Positions 43,052-50,409 of a stretch of 58,812 bases of DNA are shown in pieces. The position numbers and the translations under genes are program-made. The stretch is taken from positions 1 through 58,812 of the forward strand of contig JAGWXK010000002.1 in assembly GCA_018969905.1 (NCBI GenBank), given 5' to 3'. The notes below the pieces were generated by a model. The model made no database searches and had not been told where the DNA came from. It was given only the letters and a program-made list of their open reading frames with translations. The DNA comes from Bdellovibrionales bacterium. Lineage in GTDB: Bacteria > Bdellovibrionota > UBA1018 > CAIMNF01. Each line of letters starts with the position of its first letter. The stretch's first letter is position 1.

Positions 43052-44770
43052 ATGGGAAGTCCCGCGGAATCCAAATCCATTTCACTCAGCACACATCGGA
43101 AATTCGGTGAGGTACTGGTGGATTTGAATTTCCTTACCCAGGACCAGGTGGATGCAGCCCTCGAAAGAAGCAATGAAAAACGACTGAGACTTGGCGACCT
43201 CCTGCTTGGGGAAGGATTGCTGAGCGAAGAACAGGTCGCGCAAGCGCTTGCAGCCCAGTATGAACTCCCATTTCTCAATCTTGATGGAACCCATCTCGAC
43301 TCGGACCTCTCAAAACATCTTCCGGAGCGAATCGCGCGGGGTTTTTCCATTCTGCCTGTTCATTTTCAGGAAGGGATGATGACTCTTACCACCCATGATC
43401 CGATACAGTTTTTAAAATTGGAGAATCTAAAGAACATTCTAACCAGCGAAGTCGCCTTGAAGGTAAGCCCTCGATCCCAGATCGAAGCTGCGATCAATCG
43501 GATCTATAACGATGAACACTCAGTTGATAAAATCGTAAAACATCTCGCAAGAAAGCAAGTCAACAAAAAGGCATCGACGGGACTCTCCGCAGTCGTAGTT
43601 CCATTCAAGGATTCAGCTCCCTCCATCGAATCGCTTGTAAACAAGTTCATCAGCAGGGCAATCATGGATCGGGCAAGCGACATCCATATCGACCCGGCGG
43701 AAGAAAAAGTACGGGTCCGCGGAAGAATCGACGGAATTTTACACGAACTGTACACTTATCCGCCAGAGCTGCATCAGAGTGTCGCCTCGAGAATCAAGGT
43801 TCTCTCAAACCTGGACATCTCCGAGCGCAGACACCCCCAGGACGGCGGTTTTCACCATTCTCAAGGCTCCCGTCCAGTAGACATCCGGGTCTCCACTCTC
43901 CCCACCGCTTACGGTGAGAAACTGGTGCTGAGGCTTCTCGACAAAGAGAAGATGAGGGGAACCCTTGCACAAATCGGAATGAGTTCGGAGATAGAGGCAG
44001 ATGTACAGTCACTGTTGCAAAGACCTCATGGAATCATCCTCATCACAGGTCCCACAGGAAGCGGAAAGACCACCACTCTCTATTCGATGCTGAATCAAAT
44101 CAATGCAATTGAAAAAAACATCATCACAGTGGAAGATCCGATCGAGTTCAAATTCGATGTCATCAATCAAGTTCAGGTAAATGAAAAAGCCGGTCTCTCA
44201 TTTGCAGGACTTTTACGGAACATTCTTCGGCAGGATCCGGATATCGTCATGATCGGAGAGGTCCGAGATCAGGAAACAGCGGACCTTGCGATCCGTGCGG
44301 CTCTCACAGGGCACCTCGTGCTCAGCACTATCCATACCAATGATGCGGTAAGCACCCCCACACGGCTCATGGACATGGGAATCGAGCCATTTCTACTGGC
44401 CTCTGGGCTCAGCGCCGTGCTGGCGCAGCGTCTGGTTCGAGTCCTGTGTGTTCACTGTAGAAAGAGAGTGCCTCTCTCTGAGGCCGATGCCCGAATCCTC
44501 GGAATCCGCTTCCTCAGTGCCGGCACTCCTGTCTTCGAACCAGTCGGGTGCGAAAAGTGCCTCCACTCCGGGTATCAGAACCGCATTGCTCTTTTCGAAC
44601 TGATGCGAATTGATGATTTCGTGAGACGAGCCTTTATTGAGCGAAAGAGCGAGAGCGATATCCTTCAACATCTTTCAAACAATGGCTTTATCAGCATGAG
44701 ACAGGACGGAGGATTCAAGATCGTGGCGGGAATCACCTCGGTCGAAGAGGTTCTGAAGGCAACACTCTGA
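43052..44770 (+). CDS. Type IV pilus / T2SS assembly ATPase (GspE/PilB/MshE family) with an N-terminal MshEN-type domain
   Basis: Walker A GPTGSGKTTTL, Asp box, Walker B DPDIVMIGEVRD, His box, and a C-terminal tetracysteine (CVHC...CEKC). The N-terminus carries tandem MshEN motifs. Confidence 0.9.
   Translation: MGSPAESKSISLSTHRKFGEVLVDLNFLTQDQVDAALERSNEKRLRLGDLLLGEGLLSEEQVAQALAAQYELPFLNLDGTHLDSDLSKHLPERIARGFSILPVHFQEGMMTLTTHDPIQFLKLENLKNILTSEVALKVSPRSQIEAAINRIYNDEHSVDKIVKHLARKQVNKKASTGLSAVVVPFKDSAPSIESLVNKFISRAIMDRASDIHIDPAEEKVRVRGRIDGILHELYTYPPELHQSVASRIKVLSNLDISERRHPQDGGFHHSQGSRPVDIRVSTLPTAYGEKLVLRLLDKEKMRGTLAQIGMSSEIEADVQSLLQRPHGIILITGPTGSGKTTTLYSMLNQINAIEKNIITVEDPIEFKFDVINQVQVNEKAGLSFAGLLRNILRQDPDIVMIGEVRDQETADLAIRAALTGHLVLSTIHTNDAVSTPTRLMDMGIEPFLLASGLSAVLAQRLVRVLCVHCRKRVPLSEADARILGIRFLSAGTPVFEPVGCEKCLHSGYQNRIALFELMRIDDFVRRAFIERKSESDILQHLSNNGFISMRQDGGFKIVAGITSVEEVLKATL
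43100..43258 (+). other. Tandem 24-residue MshEN c-di-GMP-binding motifs separated by a 5-residue spacer
   Basis: Motif 1 is aa 17-40, KFGEVLVDLNFLTQDQVDAALERS. The spacer is NEKRL. Motif 2 is aa 46-69, RLGDLLLGEGLLSEEQVAQALAAQ. Compare the consensus RLGxx(L/V/I)(L/V/I)xxG(L/V/I)(L/V/I)xxxx(L/V/I)xxxLxxQ. Confidence 0.75.
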
Positions 44771-44813
44771 TTTCAAGCGTTCTACGGATTCGCAGGAGCC
44801 GATGAGCCATGCA

Positions 44814-45725
44814 TCAATCATACTCTTCTGAATTGAGAAGCTCTTTTTCCTCCCTCTCTTGGGACTCTTCCTCCTTCAGGTAACCCACAAATGCATTCAT
44901 TCTCGCGAGTCTTTTTTGGATGGCTGGTTTCAGTGCGCCATTCAATGCGGAATTTTCGATAAACTCCTGATATTCACGGGCCGCATCGATCGGACGTCCT
45001 GCGAGTTCCATTGCCTTGGCCAGGTTCAGACGCGCGTCCACATATTCCGGTTTGAGCTGAATTGCTTTTTGAAAGTAAAGAATTGCAGGTCCATAACTTC
45101 TTTCGGCAAGTCCAATCGCCCCAAGGTTGTTGTAGACCACTTCGAGTTTCGGGGCTCCGGCAAGAGGAGATGCGGATCCAAGCAGTTTCCCCGCTTTTCC
45201 CAGAATCTCCTTTGCCTCCTTGAATTCTTTCATCTTTGCTTTGGACATTCCGAGATTGATCAATGAAAGCGGATTCAGCGGATCTATTTCCAAGGAACGG
45301 GAAAAAAGAATGGCGGCCTCCGGATATCGCTGTTTTTTGAAATGCTCCACTCCTCCACGATTCAACTCCAATACCGCTTTCGATATCACCCTTTCCTCAT
45401 CCCTCTCCACCAGGGATTCGGAAACCGGGGGCCGCGTGCCCTGAAGGACCGGATGCCGGGGAAGAACCTTGAGCTGATAGGTAATCGCCCGCTCAATTCG
45501 CCTGCCCTCCGTGATCAACCAATATGAATATCCGGAAACACAAAGAAAAACGGTGAACAAAACAAAAAGACGCGTTTGTTTGACCTTGGTCTTTTTGATC
45601 GGCCTCAGTTGAAGCCGTCCAAAATCAGGGGGGGGCGGAGGGGGGGGAACAAGTCTCAGATGCGAAGCCTTTCGACCCGCCCTTTCCAACTCCTCCCTGA
45701 ACAACTGCTTCAAGACCTTGCTCAT
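44814..45725 (-). CDS. Membrane-anchored TPR-repeat protein (MshN/PilF-like position)
   Basis: The N-terminal cytoplasmic segment has a PPPPPPP run, followed by a TM span (LFVLFTVFLCVSGYSYWLI) and several TPR-like repeats (AAILFSRSLEIDPLNP..., AILYFQKAIQLKPEYVDARLNLA...). Confidence 0.7.
   Translation of the reverse strand: MSKVLKQLFREELERAGRKASHLRLVPPPPPPPDFGRLQLRPIKKTKVKQTRLFVLFTVFLCVSGYSYWLITEGRRIERAITYQLKVLPRHPVLQGTRPPVSESLVERDEERVISKAVLELNRGGVEHFKKQRYPEAAILFSRSLEIDPLNPLSLINLGMSKAKMKEFKEAKEILGKAGKLLGSASPLAGAPKLEVVYNNLGAIGLAERSYGPAILYFQKAIQLKPEYVDARLNLAKAMELAGRPIDAAREYQEFIENSALNGALKPAIQKRLARMNAFVGYLKEEESQEREEKELLNSEEYD
45628..45647 (-). repeat. Two G8 homopolymers separated by cgga (C8...C8 on the coding strand) encoding the poly-Pro run
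   Basis: On the plus strand, 45628-45635 is gggggggg, 45636-45639 is cgga and 45640-45647 is gggggggg. Confidence 0.95.
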
Positions 45726-45808
45726 AGACCTTCCCTGATGACTTTTCGGCGCTCGCGTCAGAATCTTGAGCTATTTTGATCGGGTGTCAACCGGTACACA
45801 GCTCTGAT

Positions 45809-46639
45809 ATGATTGGAAATGTGAGGAACACTCGGGGATTTACATTGATTGAGGCTCTGATGGTGGTGAGCCTGGTTGGCATCCTCGCCGCGATATCTCT
45901 GGTTCCCACAAGGGACTCGTTGGATCAGGCCAGGTATGATGAGACGCTGAACCACATGAAACAGATTCGTACCGCCCTTGTCGGAGAGATGAGTGCAATT
46001 TCGACAAAATCCAGATTCGGTTATCTCGGCGACATAGGGGCTCTTCCCACGATCACACAGGGATTGGCCGCTCTCCTGGAAACTCCCACCGGAATCAGTT
46101 CGTGGAGAACCTACACTCAATTTCGAATCAATTCCGGCTGGAATGGCCCGTATCTTTTCGATCACTTTTCAGGCGAGGCGGACCCCTCCAGAGATGCCTG
46201 GGGAACAGCCTATGTTTACGACCCTGATTCGGATCCGGCAACCGTGATCAGTCTGGGCGCCGATCGGGCCACCGGTGGAACTGACCTGAACTCGGACATC
46301 ACCCTGACGATTCCGGTAAATCGTCAGCAATATTTCGTGAATGGACTCGTCTTGGATCATGGGAATCCCTGGAGCGGATCACTGGAGGTAGAGATCAATT
46401 CTCCCGATCCTGCGAGCGGAGAAATCGGCTCCAGATCCTATACGATTTTGCGCGAGGATCAGGGAGCCTTCCAATTCAACAGGGTACCTCCGGGAATACG
46501 ATCACTCACTTTTTTTCTTCCCTCAAAAGCATCAGCCAGAGTGACCTACGGCCCCTATATCATCACGGTTGATCAACCCCACACGCTTGCAGTCTTCGGG
46601 ACTGCGGATCACCCGCTTGATTTGCGTGCCGCTCGTTGA
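45809..46639 (+). CDS. GspG-like pseudopilin with an extra C-terminal beta-sandwich-like domain (paralog of 32948..33766)
   Basis: The ATG at 45809 gives MIGNVRNTRG-FTLIEALMVVSLVGILAAISL. Core DAWGTAYVYDPDSDPATVISLGADRATGGTDLNSDI, then the extension with AFQFNRVPPGIRSL. The track start at 45776 is a TTG. Confidence 0.75.
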   Translation: MIGNVRNTRGFTLIEALMVVSLVGILAAISLVPTRDSLDQARYDETLNHMKQIRTALVGEMSAISTKSRFGYLGDIGALPTITQGLAALLETPTGISSWRTYTQFRINSGWNGPYLFDHFSGEADPSRDAWGTAYVYDPDSDPATVISLGADRATGGTDLNSDITLTIPVNRQQYFVNGLVLDHGNPWSGSLEVEINSPDPASGEIGSRSYTILREDQGAFQFNRVPPGIRSLTFFLPSKASARVTYGPYIITVDQPHTLAVFGTADHPLDLRAAR

Positions 46640-46734
46640 GCCATAATTGACTTTTCACTTCGAAATGGGTAGATCTGCTGAACAGGTGAGGAATTCATGA
46701 AATTTTCCGGCCAAATCCCGGTGATGAGTTAAGA

Positions 46735-47607
46735 ATGAAAGTCCATCGGGATTGGGTCCTGAAGTTTGCACTGTTCCTTGGATGCGTATTGATCGATCAG
46801 ATCTCCAAGAAGTCCGTAGGAGCTCTTTCCACCTGGAACACCTCTCTTCCGGGCTTCTTTTTTTTTGAATCCCATCAAAATCCGGGCTTCATCTTCCAGA
46901 CATTGAGTGACGTTTCAGTAATGGCCCGGGTGGTATTCACCTGCTCTCTTTTCGCTCTCCTTGCTTTTGCTTATTTCATTATCCAAAATCTTCTCACCCA
47001 TCCACTCCGGAGACTCAGGATTGCACTCACGCTACTGCTGGGTTCCATCGCCGGAAACTCCTTGGACCGCGCACTCCTTGGCGGTGCCATCGACTTCATC
47101 TGCATCAGGACCGGATCTGATCTCATCTATTTCAATTTTGCGGACGTAATCATGTGGTTGGGCACATCAATGACCATGATTTCCCTGGTTCAAGACCGTG
47201 ATCTGATCTGGCATCCGGACTCCAGCCGGAAAACACTCCTGATCAACCGTGGACTGCAATTGAGGATCGCAACCTTTACGACTTTGATCGTGTTTTTCGC
47301 ATTTCTAGTTCTCACCTTTTTTTCGTTCACTTTTCTCACTCACGTACTCCACCATGATGCAGCAGAAGCCGGGCTTGCATATTTGATCGGAATCTCTCCG
47401 CTCCTGTTGCTTTTTCTGGCGATCACCTTTTATTTCTCCATTGTTTTCTCCCACAGGATTGCAGGTCCGCTCCATGCTTTCCGGAAATTCGTGGAGCGTC
47501 TGTCCGAGAGCCCTGAGCAACGTCTGATATTGCGAAAGTCGGATGAACACAAGGAACTCGAGGTTTTGGCCGAGAAGCTGAGGAAAATCCTACAATCTGA
47601 GAATTGA
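46735..47607 (+). CDS. lspA: Lipoprotein signal peptidase (LspA, peptidase A8) fused to a C-terminal 2-TM plus HAMP-like module
   Basis: The LspA core (aa 1-155) has both catalytic Asp motifs, SIAGNSLDR and FNFADV. The extension (aa 160-290) has two TM spans and HRIAGPLHAFRKFVERL...SDEHKELEVLAEKLRKIL, a HAMP-like pattern. Confidence 0.7.
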   Translation: MKVHRDWVLKFALFLGCVLIDQISKKSVGALSTWNTSLPGFFFFESHQNPGFIFQTLSDVSVMARVVFTCSLFALLAFAYFIIQNLLTHPLRRLRIALTLLLGSIAGNSLDRALLGGAIDFICIRTGSDLIYFNFADVIMWLGTSMTMISLVQDRDLIWHPDSSRKTLLINRGLQLRIATFTTLIVFFAFLVLTFFSFTFLTHVLHHDAAEAGLAYLIGISPLLLLFLAITFYFSIVFSHRIAGPLHAFRKFVERLSESPEQRLILRKSDEHKELEVLAEKLRKILQSEN

Positions 47608-47658
47608 GCTAAAGTTTTGACTCAAGAGTTCCGATTCGACCGGAAGGGAAGAATCGAC

Positions 47659-48714
47659 ATGAAGAGAAAATGGCTACGCGTTCGAGTTCACTTTCGCAGA
47701 AATATTCCGCTGATTCATACCTTGGCTGCGGTGGCTGGAATCTTTGTAATCTTTCAAAACTGTGGAAGAACCGGCTCCACAGTCAGAATGGGGCAACCCT
47801 ACCTCAACCCCTCGGCAACTACCTCCGGGTCACCCGGCATGGGGGCTTCGCCTACACCGGCTGTGATGAGTTCGCCGCTTCCTCCCGGCCAGAGCAGCAG
47901 GATTCAGTTTCCAATCAAATATGATCCGGCTGGAAACCGCCTATTTGATCCGGGCCGCCCCTTCGGTCTCTCGGTCGATGCAGACTCCAATCTCGCGATT
48001 GCAGCATTTGAGGGCCCTCTCGTTTATTGCACGGCAACCACTGGAGTCTGTTCGAATCTGTTCCTGGAGGGAAGAAACCAAAACACTCTCAGACCGCACC
48101 CGTCCAGTCCTATCGGAGTGGTGATTCTCCCTGACTCGCGGATCGCATACATCGATTACCTTGGAAAAACCCTCCAGGTTCAAGTTCGCAGCGATGACTC
48201 AAGGGCTCTGACCTGGCAGGCGACACCCTTGGACTTCGCACCATATGGCATTGCATCCGATACCTCGGGCAGCCGGGTGTACATCACAGGCGAAGAGAGT
48301 TTCGGAGCCTTTTGTGATCTGGGGACCTCAGATTCAAAAGCCAGTTGTAAACATGCCGAAGGACTTGCCGGTTTCGATGTCACTGTTGACTCATCCGGAA
48401 AACTGTATGTCGCGAATGCAAGCAGGATTCAGGTATGCGATCGAGAGGTTGAAAATTGCAACTCATACTCATTTCAAGACGAGAGAATCATGGCGGTCGG
48501 TATCGCCGCGGGCAAAGACCTAATGGTTTCTGACTATTTTCAGTCAAGAGTCATGAAGTGTTCGCTGGAAAGCTCAAGGGTTTCATGCAGTGACCTCGTG
48601 CGCGGATTGCAAATCCCCCGATCAATCCGCTTGGACCAATCTGGAAATATTTACATTGCCGAGTATAAGACAGGTCGAATCATCCGGCTGAGTCCCGAGG
48701 GAAAAGAGTTCTGA
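47659..48714 (+). CDS. Secreted NHL-repeat / beta-propeller protein
   Basis: The ATG at 47659 gives MKRKWLRV...IHTLAAVAGIFVIFQNCG. Repeated blades include GIASDTSGSRVYITG, VTVDSSGKLYVANA and IRLDQSGNIYIAEYKTGRIIRLSPEG. Confidence 0.6.
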   Translation: MKRKWLRVRVHFRRNIPLIHTLAAVAGIFVIFQNCGRTGSTVRMGQPYLNPSATTSGSPGMGASPTPAVMSSPLPPGQSSRIQFPIKYDPAGNRLFDPGRPFGLSVDADSNLAIAAFEGPLVYCTATTGVCSNLFLEGRNQNTLRPHPSSPIGVVILPDSRIAYIDYLGKTLQVQVRSDDSRALTWQATPLDFAPYGIASDTSGSRVYITGEESFGAFCDLGTSDSKASCKHAEGLAGFDVTVDSSGKLYVANASRIQVCDREVENCNSYSFQDERIMAVGIAAGKDLMVSDYFQSRVMKCSLESSRVSCSDLVRGLQIPRSIRLDQSGNIYIAEYKTGRIIRLSPEGKEF

Positions 48715-48724
48715 TTGTTCCGCC

Positions 48725-50371
48725 CTATTGAGATCCGCTTGAGCATTCAGCGGGAATATCACTGAGCAACGGTGAGTTTTTTCCAAGAATGTCATTGTAG
48801 CTTTCCAGGGAATCGCATCGGGATTGGTGATTACCGGAGAGACGATAGAGTTCGGAAAGGATCTCATAGGCTGGAAATCCGTTGGGTTGCCGACGAAGCA
48901 TCAACCGGCACGTATTGATGCCATCTTCGAAGTTACCCATGTTTCCTTCTATCTTTGCAAGATATGAGCAGTTTTTGAAACGCCACGGAGCAAGATCACA
49001 AGCCTTTTTCATCGACTCATAATGATTGATGTCATAGGACTCGGCCATGACTGAAGCGAAAATCGCGTAGGCTACCCATGACATGCCACCCACAACCGCA
49101 CCCTTCAGAAACGGAAGCGGAGACTTGACCGGGAGAGGGTGCGATTCCAACTCCCTTCCCAACAAGATCCCGCAAAAAACAGCATATGCCAAAAATGAAT
49201 GGGTCACATGAAGAGGAAATGCAAACAATCCGTCCACCAGAATGCACACGAGAATCGCACCCTCCGGTGCTTTTGTCCTGACTGCAAGACGCAAAATCCA
49301 TCCCGTCAACAATATCCAGAACACGAGTGCCGGCATTCCATAGTCCACTCCGATTTGAAGGGGCTGATTGTGGGGAGTTTTTGATACAAAACGACCGTCA
49401 ATTTCGGCATCTTTTCGCACTCTCGATGTATACCGGAGATAGTCGTACTCATAATGTCCGGGACCGATCCCCAAAGGGTGGTCCCACATCATTGCACCCG
49501 TATTCAGCCATCTTGCAATTCGCAAATCGCGGGTATTGGACCCATTTTCCATTCCTCGATAGCTCAGGACCGCGGCCACATAGCATGCAGAGGCGAGGAG
49601 CAGAAATGCGAGAATCCATTTCAGGCGACCCTTCCACCCCACTCTTTGCCAAAGGAGCATCAAGATTCCGAACCCGAATCCAAGAGTCGCCCCTCTGGCT
49701 TTTGCGCAATAAAATCCATATAAACCAAGGAGAATCAAAAACCCGGAAAATGCCAGGTCCATTCGTTTCCTGTTTTTTTGAAATCCGGTCAACTCAATGA
49801 GAAGCGCGATTGCATAAAATGCTGCCGCATAATTCTTATGCCCAAAAAGTGAACCAAGGTGGCCCGAATAGGATGCAAGATACCTCCACGGATGTCCTGT
49901 GGATTGGGCAACCAGATACAATCCCACACCTAGCAGCCCCAATCGATTGGCGAAACGGATCGAACGCCAAAGCAAGGCCCGTGAATGCTCTTCCGCCGAA
50001 AGGGTGAAGCTCCAAAGAAAAAGAATGATAAAGCAAAACCATTCGAGCAGTTGCAACTCCAATTGTCCCGGCAGATTTCCAAATGTGGCGATTCCACAAA
50101 AAAGGGTGAGCCCGCCAGAGAAAAAGTAAAAGAGTCCATTTTGACGGTACTTCGGAACCCTGATCTCAAAGCGGGTGAAAAATGAACCCGCTAGGAGCAA
50201 GATACATACACCATAAAGGATCAACCAACGAAACTCGGTGAACTGATCGAGCGTCCCGGTAACAGTCCAAAAACTCACTCCAAGCGGAATCAAAAGGAAA
50301 AGAAAAGAGATCAGAAGTTGCTCAAACGCATTCTTGGTTTCGGAGGGTTCCATTACCGGAAATCTTGGCAC
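48725..50371 (-). CDS. O-antigen ligase-like (Wzy_C domain) polytopic membrane protein with a C-terminal TPR-like region
   Basis: At least 10 hydrophobic spans and a periplasmic loop with KTPHNQPLQIGVDYGMPALVFWILL (HN...L.....G motif of WaaL/PglL/PilO-type enzymes). The C-terminal roughly 110 aa are soluble and helical. Confidence 0.7.
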   Translation of the reverse strand: MPRFPVMEPSETKNAFEQLLISFLFLLIPLGVSFWTVTGTLDQFTEFRWLILYGVCILLLAGSFFTRFEIRVPKYRQNGLFYFFSGGLTLFCGIATFGNLPGQLELQLLEWFCFIILFLWSFTLSAEEHSRALLWRSIRFANRLGLLGVGLYLVAQSTGHPWRYLASYSGHLGSLFGHKNYAAAFYAIALLIELTGFQKNRKRMDLAFSGFLILLGLYGFYCAKARGATLGFGFGILMLLWQRVGWKGRLKWILAFLLLASACYVAAVLSYRGMENGSNTRDLRIARWLNTGAMMWDHPLGIGPGHYEYDYLRYTSRVRKDAEIDGRFVSKTPHNQPLQIGVDYGMPALVFWILLTGWILRLAVRTKAPEGAILVCILVDGLFAFPLHVTHSFLAYAVFCGILLGRELESHPLPVKSPLPFLKGAVVGGMSWVAYAIFASVMAESYDINHYESMKKACDLAPWRFKNCSYLAKIEGNMGNFEDGINTCRLMLRRQPNGFPAYEILSELYRLSGNHQSRCDSLESYNDILGKNSPLLSDIPAECSSGSQ

Positions 50372-50409
50372 TTAGGTTAAAAACAGTAAAGCTTGACTTA
50401 GAAACCACC

